Shown: piece after piece, positions 47,700 to 56,730 of the stretch
How positions within the stretch are numbered: position 1 is the first letter of the stretch
How the letters are laid out: each line of letters begins with the position of its first letter
Source of the DNA: an uncultured delta proteobacterium
Lineage (GTDB): Bacteria > Desulfobacterota > Binatia > Binatales > Binataceae
Direction of reading: 5' to 3'
DNA: 64,000 bases
Assembly (NCBI GenBank): GCA_963711565.1
Contig: CAVQEQ010000001.1
Location: 448,001 to 512,000, forward strand
Position numbers and translations under genes: made by a program
The notes under the pieces: generated by a model
Seen by the model: only the letters and a program-made list of their open reading frames with translations
What the model was told of the DNA's origin: nothing
Databases searched by the model: none

Positions 47700-48506
47700 T
47701 TATTCGCCCTTGAAGTTTGCCGCGCGCTTTTCGACGAACGATTTCGCGCCTTCGAGATGATCCTTCGACGTTAGCATCAGATGCTGGCCGTGCCGCTGGT
47801 AGTCGAAGAAGTACGGCAGATTCAGATTCAGCCCGACGCGCAAGGTCTCCTTGGCGAGCCGCTGCGCGAGCGGGGCCTGCGCCGCGATCTTCTTCGCGAA
47901 CGCCAGTGTCGCTTCGCCGAGCTGCGCGTGCGGCACGACCTTGTTCACCATCCCGATTCGCTCGGCCTCGGCGGCGTCGATTATGTCGCCGCTCAGGATC
48001 AGTTCGTACGCGCGTGCGAGTCCGACCAGCCGCGGCAGCACCAGCAATCCGCCCGCTTCGGGAATCAGTCCGCGCCGAATGAACACCTCGCCGAAGCGCG
48101 CCTGGTCCGAGCACACGCGCATGTCGCACATCAGCGCGATATCGCAGCCGTAGCCGACCGCCGCGCCGTTGACCGAGGCGATCGTCGGCTTCGGATAGGT
48201 GACGAGCAAATCGAGCGCGACCGGACGATGCTCGCGCCACTCGTCAACCAATTTGCGCTGAGCGGGCTTGGTATCGCGAAACTCGGGATTGAGAAAGATC
48301 TCCTTGACGTCATCACCCGCGCAGAACGCGCGCCCCGCGCCCGTCAGCACCACGACGCGCACGCTGTCGTCGGCCTCGGCATCGCGCAGCGCGTCAACCA
48401 TCTCGTCGTAAGTTTTGATCGTCGCGGCGTTCATCACCTGCGGCCGATTGATCGTGATCGTCGCGACCGCGTCGCGCTTGTCGTAGAGAATATCGCTGTA
48501 TGCCAT
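47700..48506 (-). CDS. Enoyl-CoA hydratase/isomerase family protein
   Basis: INRP, AFCAGDD, NGAAVGYG and FVEKR. Confidence 0.93.
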   Translation of the reverse strand: MAYSDILYDKRDAVATITINRPQVMNAATIKTYDEMVDALRDAEADDSVRVVVLTGAGRAFCAGDDVKEIFLNPEFRDTKPAQRKLVDEWREHRPVALDLLVTYPKPTIASVNGAAVGYGCDIALMCDMRVCSDQARFGEVFIRRGLIPEAGGLLVLPRLVGLARAYELILSGDIIDAAEAERIGMVNKVVPHAQLGEATLAFAKKIAAQAPLAQRLAKETLRVGLNLNLPYFFDYQRHGQHLMLTSKDHLEGAKSFVEKRAANFKGE

Positions 48507-48539
48507 TGCTATGACTCCTCGCGTGATTGTGGATGTGCG

Positions 48540-49973
48540 TTACGAATGCGGATAAGCGTCGCTGCCCATCTCGAGCGCATCCAGCCCCGACCATTCCACT
48601 TCCACCAGCACGCGGTTGCCGATCGTGCGCTCGACGATCTTGAAGAACAGCATCGATAATCCGAATACCACGACCAGGTTCACCGTTACACCGATCAACT
48701 GCGCGAAAAATTGCCCGACATCGCCGTAGAGCAAGCCGGTCACCGGTCCCGCTACACCGTTCCATCCGTCGCCGTAGGTGCCGTCGGCGAGCAGGCCGAG
48801 CGCGAGCGCGCCCCAGATGCCGCATACACCATGCACCGCGATCGCGCCGACCGGATCGTCGATTCGATAGCGCCGTTCGAGTTCCAGCACCGCCCACACG
48901 ACCAGCAGTCCCGCGATCGTGCCGATCAAAACCGCCGCCGCCGGTGTCACGAATGCGCACGGCGCCGTGATTGCGACGAGCCCGCCCAGCAAGCCGTTAC
49001 ACGCCATCGCGATATCGGGTTTGTTGTAACGATGCCACAGGTAGAGCAGCGACGAGAGCGCGCCGGCCGCCGAGGAAAGCATCGTGTTCACACCGATGAT
49101 CGCGATGCGCGGATCCGATGCGGCCAGGGTCGAGCCGCAGTTGAAGCCGAACCATCCGAACGCGAGAATCAACGTTCCGCTCACGGCCATCGGCAGGTTG
49201 TGTCCGGGCAACGCTCCGATTGCGCCGTCGCGGCGGAACTTTCCGATGCGCGGACCCACCATGTAGGCGCCGGCCAGCGCTGTCACTCCGCCCGTCATGT
49301 GCACGACCGACGACCCGGCGAAATCGAGATGGCCGTGCCCGAGTCCCAAGTTCACCCCGAGCTGCGAGAGCCACCCGCCGCCCCAGACCCAATTACCGTA
49401 CAGCGGATACAGGAACATCGACATGAACAGTCCGTAGACGAAGAACGCTTTGAACTTCCATCGCTCCGCCATCGCGCCGGTCGGAATGGTCGCCGCCGTA
49501 TCCATGAAGACCAGCGAGAACAGAAACATGCCGAGGCTGGCGGGATCGCGGCTGACGTTGAGCAGCGCGAACTTACTGAACCCCAGGATGCCGTACGAGT
49601 GCGAGCCGATCGTGATCGACAGCTCGTGATGGTCGATCGCACCCATCCCGAGCGAGGGCCAGTGCGCGATTCCGCCCATCATGAAGCCGTAGCCGCAGAG
49701 CCAGAAACCGATGATGCCGATCGGGTAGATGATCAGGTTCATCGCCATGGTGTTGACCGCGTTCTTCGAGCGCGTGAACCCCGTCTCGACCATCGCGAAC
49801 CCGAGCTGCATGAACATCACGAGGAAACCCGCAATCAGCAGCCACGCGAGGTTCAGCGAATTGTCCAGCGGCGGCGATGACGCGGCGGTCTGCGCGCGCG
49901 CGACCGACGAAAACAGCATCAGCGCGGCGACAGTCGCGGCGGCCAATCCGAGTTGCGATCGTCTCGGCATCAT
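48540..49973 (-). CDS. amt: Ammonium transporter (Amt), copy 1
   Basis: MQLGFAMVE, DFAGSSVVH, GWFGFN and DDPVGAIAVH (twin His); ATG overlaps the kinase stop (ATGA). Confidence 0.95.
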   Translation of the reverse strand: MMPRRSQLGLAAATVAALMLFSSVARAQTAASSPPLDNSLNLAWLLIAGFLVMFMQLGFAMVETGFTRSKNAVNTMAMNLIIYPIGIIGFWLCGYGFMMGGIAHWPSLGMGAIDHHELSITIGSHSYGILGFSKFALLNVSRDPASLGMFLFSLVFMDTAATIPTGAMAERWKFKAFFVYGLFMSMFLYPLYGNWVWGGGWLSQLGVNLGLGHGHLDFAGSSVVHMTGGVTALAGAYMVGPRIGKFRRDGAIGALPGHNLPMAVSGTLILAFGWFGFNCGSTLAASDPRIAIIGVNTMLSSAAGALSSLLYLWHRYNKPDIAMACNGLLGGLVAITAPCAFVTPAAAVLIGTIAGLLVVWAVLELERRYRIDDPVGAIAVHGVCGIWGALALGLLADGTYGDGWNGVAGPVTGLLYGDVGQFFAQLIGVTVNLVVVFGLSMLFFKIVERTIGNRVLVEVEWSGLDALEMGSDAYPHS

Positions 49974-50983
49974 CTCGTCTGCCCTCGATATGACCGGCGC
50001 GGAGGAGCCTTGGACGCCGGGTAACGGTTTGCGAGCCAAATCAAAAGTAAAAAGGCCCCGATCAGCGATGTGAAGAACGCCACGTACCCAAGCCTGCGGC
50101 GCATGTTCTGCATCGCGAGGCTGCGTGGATGCAGCCGCTCCGCGCGGTTCTGCGGCACGACGCGCGACGGATCGCGCAGGTCCTCGAGCATCTCTGCCGC
50201 GCTCGCATAGCGGTCGCGCGGATTGCGCTCGATCGCGTGCAGCACGATCTCTTCGAGATGCGGATCGATATCCGGTTTGAACGCGGACGGCGGCTGCGGA
50301 TCTTCCGCGGTCTTCGAGCGCATCACGTTGTAAACGTTGGGGCCCGAGTACGGCAGGTGGTTGGTCAGCATTTCGTAGAGAATCGTGCCCAGCGAATAGA
50401 TGTCGGTGCGGACGTCGCCGCGCCGGCCGCTGACCTGCTCGGGCGCCATGTAGTCGGGCGTGCCGATAGTCGACGACAACCCGGACCAGGTCAGCCGTCG
50501 CGCCGACTCGTCGAGTGCGATTCCGAAATCCATGACCTTGGTTTTGCCATCAGCCGTCACCAGGATATTTTCCGGCTTCAAATCCCGATGCACCACGCCT
50601 TCGCCGTGCATGTACACAAGCGTCTCCGCCAACTGCCGTGTAAGATCGAGTGCCTTTTCCAGCGGCAGCCCGGGTTCTCGCATCATCGAGCGCAGCGACT
50701 CGCCCTCGATGTACTCCATCGCGATGTACATGCGGCTTTTTTTCCTCGGCGTGAGGACCTTGACGATGCCGGGATGGTCGAGGCGGCGCCCGACTTCTTC
50801 TTCGCGCTGAAAGCGGCCGTAGAAGACCACGTCGCTCTCGAACTGCATGTAGGGAACTTTGATCGCGACCGTCTCGCCGCTGATTTGATCGACGGCTTTG
50901 AAGATCGACGCCATCCCGCTGCGCGCGATCACCTCGATCAACTTGTACTGATCGAGGTTTTCACCAACGCTGACCTCGCGCAT
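49970..50983 (-). CDS. Hanks-type Ser/Thr protein kinase with C-terminal TM helix
   Basis: VAIK, HRDLKPEN, DFG, GTPDYMAPE; TM segment VAFFTSLIGAFLLLIWLA. Confidence 0.95.
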   Translation of the reverse strand: MREVSVGENLDQYKLIEVIARSGMASIFKAVDQISGETVAIKVPYMQFESDVVFYGRFQREEEVGRRLDHPGIVKVLTPRKKSRMYIAMEYIEGESLRSMMREPGLPLEKALDLTRQLAETLVYMHGEGVVHRDLKPENILVTADGKTKVMDFGIALDESARRLTWSGLSSTIGTPDYMAPEQVSGRRGDVRTDIYSLGTILYEMLTNHLPYSGPNVYNVMRSKTAEDPQPPSAFKPDIDPHLEEIVLHAIERNPRDRYASAAEMLEDLRDPSRVVPQNRAERLHPRSLAMQNMRRRLGYVAFFTSLIGAFLLLIWLANRYPASKAPPRRSYRGQTR

Positions 50984-51699
50984 GTCTGGACCGTCTCGGG
51001 AAAAGGGTCAGCGGACGTTAACACCCGACCCGCCGCCAATGGAAGGGCTGGGCGACAGGCGCGATTCTGAAGGATCGAATACGGTTGGAGAGCGCAATTC
51101 ATACCATCCGTGGTCGTTTAGGGACAGCTCCGCTACCAAGGTAGTCTCGTTCCGTCAGAAATCGTCTTTTGCCAGAAGTCGGCGCCGCCCGATTTCTGTG
51201 GAACCTTTGCAAGTATGCGCGATTCTGAAAGTTGTTCATAACCGTGAGGTGCGGCACGCCATGTCCAGCGGCGGCAGGCTGAATAGTTCATCTCCTCAAA
51301 TCGATGACTCGAATTATGTTGCACAGCAAGCGGAGCATCTTCGGCATGACGGCAAAAAAATGGCGGTCGTGTCTCTGAATCTAGCGCGACGGCAAAATCT
51401 GGGCATTTTTAACTTTTGAGAGCAAACGGGTTGGGCGGATCCTGGCGCAGAACCCTGGTAGCGGATGGAGTTGAGGGTGGCATTCTCCTTGCTCGACTTA
51501 GGGTGTGTACAAACTTTCCGCAACATGAAGAGAAAACTTCCGCATCGGTCGTCGCGGAGTTCGATTTTGGATAGAATGCACGCAAAGTTGATGATGGCAA
51601 GCGATTGACTCGCGCATTCGGAGTCAGAACAAGGCGTAGTGAATATCGCGATTCAATAGCCAAGACCGCAGAAGGGGCGAGCGCAGGGACACCATTCTG

Positions 51700-52653
51700 A
51701 TGGAAAACGATGTGAAGTCGCCCTATACGATTCAGTTCTGTGATGCCTTCGATTGGATGGCAGCGGGACTGCCTGACTCTATTCAGGCAATCGTCACGGA
51801 CCCGCCCTATGGACTAAAAGAATATTCTGAGGTGGAGAAACAAAAGCTCCGCGCGGGCCGCGGAGGAGTATGGCGCATCCCACCCTCGTTCGACGGCTGC
51901 AAGCGCAGCCCGGTCCCGAGATTTACAGTATTAGACGAAGTTGAACGAAACGCCTTGAGAACTTTCTTTGCGCGATTCGCTAAGGCTGCGATGCGCCTTT
52001 TGGTTCCAGGCGGACACATTTTCATCGCCGCCAACCCACTGTTGTCGCACTTGGTGTACATGCCCTTGATGGAGGCGGGTTTTGAGAAGCGCGGCGAAAT
52101 TATCCGGCTCGTTCAAACTCTTCGGGGCGGTGATCGACCGAAAAACGCGCACGCAGAATTTGCCAACGTCAGTGTCATGCCGCGATCTGGCTGGGAGCCG
52201 TGGGGTTTGTTTAGAAAACCGTGCGAGGGTCGAGTGCAGGACAATCTTCGGAAATGGAGAACTGGCGGGCTCCGCAGAATATCCCCGGACCAACCATTTA
52301 GCGATGTAGTTCTGTCATCGCCCACTCGGGCCGATGAAAGGGCCGTAGCACCTCATCCTTCGTTGAAGCCGCAGCGCTTCATGCGGCAGATCGTGCGTGC
52401 ATCGCTTCCGCTCGGCTCTGGAGTAGTACTTGATCCATTCATGGGTGCTGGTTCGACAATCGCGGCGGCCATCGCGGTCGGTTATGAAAGTGTCGGTCTC
52501 GAAATTGATTCACGCTATTTCAAGATCGCAGAACGCGCGATTCCAAGACTTGCGAAAATGGACCTCACAATTGGACTTCAGCAGTCTTTCCCGGCTATGA
52601 ATCGAGCGAATGGCGGTGCGCAACACAGCCGATCGGGGCAACTTCAATCCTGA
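51700..52653 (+). CDS. Amino-DNA methyltransferase, beta class
   Basis: N-terminal TDPPY, HPSLKP, then LDPFMGAGST. Confidence 0.92.
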   Translation: MENDVKSPYTIQFCDAFDWMAAGLPDSIQAIVTDPPYGLKEYSEVEKQKLRAGRGGVWRIPPSFDGCKRSPVPRFTVLDEVERNALRTFFARFAKAAMRLLVPGGHIFIAANPLLSHLVYMPLMEAGFEKRGEIIRLVQTLRGGDRPKNAHAEFANVSVMPRSGWEPWGLFRKPCEGRVQDNLRKWRTGGLRRISPDQPFSDVVLSSPTRADERAVAPHPSLKPQRFMRQIVRASLPLGSGVVLDPFMGAGSTIAAAIAVGYESVGLEIDSRYFKIAERAIPRLAKMDLTIGLQQSFPAMNRANGGAQHSRSGQLQS

Positions 52654-53209
52654 GGTAGTGCTCCCCTACGAATTGCGCTTCGAAGATTTTGCCCTGGCGA
52701 TGCAGGACGTCTACGATTTTTTCTATGACGTGAACGAACTATTGATCTCCAAAGCTCTAATCCGTTTCGATGACATGCTCAGGCCGGCGAACATGTCCGG
52801 GATGCTCTCGGATATGCTAACCGCCAGTTTAGCAAAACACTCGCGGACTTTGACCCAAAACGCCTACTTCAACGGACATCCAGATCTGGTCCTGAACGGT
52901 GTCTACCCGCACAATTCTGTAAAAGCCGGGACAGAAGGAATCGAAATAAAGACTACTCGCAAAAAGGGTGGCGCGGTCGATACTCACGGAGCCCGAGATC
53001 AATGGATGTGCAGCTTCGTCTATGTCGTGGATGGCGAAACCGAGCCGACCCACAATCGCGCACCCATGACGTTCACGGAAGTATATCTCGGAAAGGTCAT
53101 GGAAGCGGATTTTCGGGACAATCCTCTAGGTCAACTCGGCACCCGCACGTCGACACTCCATAAACTCGGCATTGCGAAGCTGCGAGAGAACTGGGTGTAC
53201 CGTGTGTAG
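52610..53209 (+). CDS. Putative type II restriction endonuclease (PD-(D/E)xK)
   Basis: HPDL...GIEIKT; overlaps the MTase. Confidence 0.65.
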   Translation: MAVRNTADRGNFNPEVVLPYELRFEDFALAMQDVYDFFYDVNELLISKALIRFDDMLRPANMSGMLSDMLTASLAKHSRTLTQNAYFNGHPDLVLNGVYPHNSVKAGTEGIEIKTTRKKGGAVDTHGARDQWMCSFVYVVDGETEPTHNRAPMTFTEVYLGKVMEADFRDNPLGQLGTRTSTLHKLGIAKLRENWVYRV

Positions 53210-53286
53210 AGAGGAAAGAGGTCTCCGGTTCCCCGCTGACTATCTACTCCCGACTGAACTGAGAGACGATTGATCCGCCAGAAGAG

Positions 53287-54120
53287 TCAAAGCTGTCGCC
53301 GGAACAGTCCGCGCAAGCGCTCTCGCCATCCACCGGTGGCCACCGTATGCCCCGTGTGCGACGTCATTCTGAACACCGCGCAGGTCAGGTTGTCGTAGGT
53401 GCCGCGCTTGTTGGCGGTATCGATCAGCTTGCGGCACGCCGTCTCGGCGTCGACGCCGCGCGAGAGCGATTCGAGTTCCTTGTCCTCGAGGACGTTGTAC
53501 ATTCCGTCGCTGCACAGTATCAGCCGGTCGCGCTCGAACAGCGGCAGCGTGATCCGATCGATCGACGCTATCAGCTCGCGTCCAAGGCTGCGCAGCAGCA
53601 TCCCGCGCTCAGGATGAGTCTTGGCGCGCGCGGCGCTCATCATCCCCATCCTGACCTGGCCGGCGACCATCGTGTGATCCTTGGTGACCACCGAGATCTG
53701 GCTGTTGCGAATCAAATGCAGCCGGCAATCTCCGATATGGACCGCTGACAGAATCCCCTTCTCCACCGCGACCGCGGTCATCGTCGTCGCCATCCGGGAC
53801 AGTTCCGGCACCGTCAGCGCCTTGTCGTGAATCCCGATGTTGGCCCGGGTGATTGCTCGGTAGAGCCGCTTGGCCGCGCCCCAGGCCACAGGGCTCTCGC
53901 GGTATGCCTCAAGGAGAATGTCGATCGCCATGCGGCTGGCGATCTCGCCGCCTTCGTAGCCGCCGACCCCGTCGGCAACCGCGAACACCACGCAGTCGGG
54001 ATTCTCGATAAAATGCCCGCAACAGTCTTCGTTGTCGGGCCGCGTCGTCCCAACATCGGACAGCAGCGCCAGCTCGAAAGCCTGCTCCGTGGAAGGGGGA
54101 GCGGAGGGCGGCGAATCCAT
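53287..54120 (-). CDS. PP2C/PPM Ser/Thr phosphatase
   Basis: RPDNED, VADGVGG, HIGDCR, LCSDG and DNLT. Confidence 0.95.
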   Translation of the reverse strand: MDSPPSAPPSTEQAFELALLSDVGTTRPDNEDCCGHFIENPDCVVFAVADGVGGYEGGEIASRMAIDILLEAYRESPVAWGAAKRLYRAITRANIGIHDKALTVPELSRMATTMTAVAVEKGILSAVHIGDCRLHLIRNSQISVVTKDHTMVAGQVRMGMMSAARAKTHPERGMLLRSLGRELIASIDRITLPLFERDRLILCSDGMYNVLEDKELESLSRGVDAETACRKLIDTANKRGTYDNLTCAVFRMTSHTGHTVATGGWRERLRGLFRRQL

Positions 54121-54177
54121 TTGCAGTGCAGTACCCAGCTAATTTGGCCCTGAATTGAAAGTTGTTTCAACGGCCAA

Positions 54178-54209
54178 GGGGCGAGCCGCGATCGCTCGCG
54201 GCTCGCCCC
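54178..54209 (-). terminator. Perfect 14-bp hairpin between the permease and the phosphatase
   Basis: GGGGCGAGCCGCGA-TCGC-TCGCGGCTCGCCCC; weak U-tract, so it may be a stabiliser or partial terminator. Confidence 0.55.
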
Positions 54210-54242
54210 AGGGATTTATTCGCCAAACCAGCTTGCTCGGGT

Positions 54243-55898
54243 TCAGGCCGGCTTGGTTACGAGAATCGTCTCTTTGCCCTTCTTCTTCGAATTGCGTACG
54301 AAGTAAATCGCACCGTAAACTCCCCAAATCACTGAGATCCCGACCGCCATCAGCGGTTCCTTCACGCTGCCGAGTCCCTCGATCGGTCCGATGATGTAGA
54401 ACGCCATGCAGCCGAAGTTCGCGATCGCACCGAAGACCGGTATCACCATGTGCTTCAGGCCGTTGAACTCGTGATGCTCGCGGAAGGCTACGATGGCAAC
54501 GATATTGGTCAGTCCGTACAGCGCGAAAGTTCCGAAGTTTGAGACCAGAGTGACCAAGGCCAGCCCGTTCGGAAGCGCCGACAGCGATGCGTTGTTGTTC
54601 ATCCCGATCGCGTACCACAGGTTATGCGGCAGCGTCGCGATGGTCTTATCATCCGGAGCCGCGGAGCCGGCGAAGAAGTACAGCGCGGCATACGCGCCGA
54701 GGACTGCTGAAATAGTGGCGAGCGTCCAGATCGCACGATGGGGAGTGAGGTTCTCGCCATGAAGCAGGCCGAAGTGCTCGGGCACTTCCGCGTCGCGGCC
54801 CATCGCGTAGGTCACGCGCGCCCCGGTGTTGATGCATGACAGCGTCGTTCCGATCAGCGCGAGGAACACCGTCAGGGCTTCCAACAGCATGAAAGCCTCA
54901 CCGTGCCCGCCCAGGAGTGCATTACCCAAAATCACCAACATGTCGCCGATCGGTGCGGCCGATCCTTTCGCATCCGCAAGGCTGTAAGCACTGCTCAGGA
55001 AGTAGTTCGCCGCGAAGTATTCGATCAGGTAGCAAAACAGGCACTGGATGGTGAGGGACAGGAGCACCGCGCGGGGGATATCCTTTTTGGGGTTGAGCGC
55101 CTCTTCCCCAAGCGAGGTGACTGATTCGAAGCCAACGAGCAGCAGGATTGCTATCGTTGCCTGAAGCATCATCCAGTTGAAGCTGTGCGGAAGTATTACT
55201 GACCACCCGGACGGATGAGCGGGCGTATCGCCGGTCAAAGTGTAGTGCAACACCTTCGAGGTGCCGTCCAGCGCCATACCGGTCGAACCGTCGGGATGTC
55301 CCAAGCGGTACGCGATTGCCAATGCCGCAAAGAACAGGAGCGCGACGATTTGGATCGCGTTGATCGCGATGTTGACGTTGGTCGATCCGTTCACGCCCTG
55401 GAACGCGATCCACGCGACCGCGAATGAGAAAATGACCGCTATTAGCGCCATGAAAACCGGGCCGGGCACGCCCGCATTCATCATCGAAGGCGCGACGCTG
55501 CCCACGATGTAGCCGATCATGACTCCCATCGTCGCGACCATCACGCCCGGATAGACCCAGTAGTAAAGATGCGACGCCCACCCGATTGTGAATTTCGCGA
55601 TGCGTGCAAAGCGAAATGCTTTCGTCTTGCCGAGGAACGCCTGCTCGGCAAAGAGATACGAGCTGCCCGCACCTGGATAGAGTTTGGCCAGTTCCGAGTA
55701 CGAGATCGCGGTCGCGTATGCCAGCAACAGGGCTGCGAAGATTCCTGCCCACATCGCAAGGCCGGACGGGTATGCGTACCCAGCCTGCACGACAAACGTG
55801 ATCCACAGGAACGCTCCTGGGGCGATGAGCGCCATCGCGTTGACCGTGACTCCGGTCAAGCCAAGGGTCGGCACCATCTTTTTCTGTTCTTCAGCCAT
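54243..55898 (-). CDS. APC family amino acid/amine permease
   Basis: ELAKLYPGAGSSY, VGFES..LGEE..NPKKDIP, about 12 TMs; AAGGAGG RBS. Confidence 0.93.
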   Translation of the reverse strand: MAEEQKKMVPTLGLTGVTVNAMALIAPGAFLWITFVVQAGYAYPSGLAMWAGIFAALLLAYATAISYSELAKLYPGAGSSYLFAEQAFLGKTKAFRFARIAKFTIGWASHLYYWVYPGVMVATMGVMIGYIVGSVAPSMMNAGVPGPVFMALIAVIFSFAVAWIAFQGVNGSTNVNIAINAIQIVALLFFAALAIAYRLGHPDGSTGMALDGTSKVLHYTLTGDTPAHPSGWSVILPHSFNWMMLQATIAILLLVGFESVTSLGEEALNPKKDIPRAVLLSLTIQCLFCYLIEYFAANYFLSSAYSLADAKGSAAPIGDMLVILGNALLGGHGEAFMLLEALTVFLALIGTTLSCINTGARVTYAMGRDAEVPEHFGLLHGENLTPHRAIWTLATISAVLGAYAALYFFAGSAAPDDKTIATLPHNLWYAIGMNNNASLSALPNGLALVTLVSNFGTFALYGLTNIVAIVAFREHHEFNGLKHMVIPVFGAIANFGCMAFYIIGPIEGLGSVKEPLMAVGISVIWGVYGAIYFVRNSKKKGKETILVTKPA

Positions 55899-55985
55899 CT
55901 TGCCTCCTTACAATTCACGGCGGAGGTGGTTGTCCGCCGCGCGCACGCGTTGACTCCCGTTACGGGCGGGAGCATGGAGGCTCAA

Positions 55986-56001
55986 AGCATGAAAAGTGCC
56001 A
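55986..56001 (-). promoter_or_regulatory. Sigma-54 promoter for the APC permease
   Basis: TGGCAC-TTTTC-ATGCT (GG-N10-GC). Confidence 0.7.
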
Positions 56002-56042
56002 TTTCAAAAACGAATGTATCCCGATGAAAAATGCAATGCGCC

Positions 56043-56059
56043 TGCCCAAACAACAGGCA
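56043..56059. promoter_or_regulatory. NtrC-like enhancer site
   Basis: TGCCC-AAACAAC-AGGCA (TGC-N11-GCA). Confidence 0.45.
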
Positions 56060-56115
56060 GCCGCCTGCCGTGCAGTCACCACCGGCCCCTTACGGTTCTT
56101 CATGGACCGCTTATT

Positions 56116-56703
56116 TCAGTTGCCCAAAGACTCGAACTGCCAGTTCGCCAGTCGATACACCAATCCGAGCGATTTCAGTTTCATCCCGACGGACCCCGCC
56201 GATGCGCTGGCGGCTTCGGCACGGACGACTGTCCCCGCCACGATTGGTTCTCCGGAAATCGGATCGAGCACTCGCAGCACGATCTCATCAGTGTCGGGCA
56301 GTGTCGCGAACAACCGTGAGATCGCCGCGTCCACATCCTCGAGGCATTGCTGCACGAATCTCTGTGCTGCCCGCTCCGGCGGCAGACCTTTATCCCAGGG
56401 ATGAATCTCGCGCGCCTGCCATTCGACTTCGAGCCGATTGCGCATGCTCTTGAGCGAGAGGCCGTCATTGCGAACGCCCGCCCGCCGATTCACTTCGAGC
56501 GCGCCGAGTACCTTGCGCCTGAGCCGCTGTTGCGCAAGGTAGTTTGCGAATTTTTTCAATGCGGTTATCACAACTGGATTCCATAGATGCGAGCGTTCCA
56601 GCAAGTTGCTCGGACCGGCCTCGAGTCGGTGGCTGATTCCGACTGAGGCCGGTCCGTTTGTTACGGGCACCAGGATGACTCCCGTAAAGTCTCCGTGCCA
56701 CAT
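56116..56703 (-). CDS. Hypothetical protein (true start probably downstream of 56703)
   Basis: Globular-looking C-terminal part (EWQAREIHPWD...VLRVLDP...GTV); co-oriented within the amt locus. Confidence 0.55.
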   Translation of the reverse strand: MWHGDFTGVILVPVTNGPASVGISHRLEAGPSNLLERSHLWNPVVITALKKFANYLAQQRLRRKVLGALEVNRRAGVRNDGLSLKSMRNRLEVEWQAREIHPWDKGLPPERAAQRFVQQCLEDVDAAISRLFATLPDTDEIVLRVLDPISGEPIVAGTVVRAEAASASAGSVGMKLKSLGLVYRLANWQFESLGN

Positions 56704-56730
56704 TCCAGTGGGGCGGGCCGCCGTGCCCGC

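Noticed and set aside
51000-51690. Controller (C) protein or small ORFs upstream of the MTase
   Set aside because: No HTH-like ORF recognised; a 24-aa minus-strand ORF with an AAGGAG RBS exists but has no other support
55900-55985. Riboswitch or ANTAR twin-hairpin in the permease leader
   Set aside because: Two hairpins are present, but their loops do not match the ANTAR hexaloop or any riboswitch consensus I can recognise
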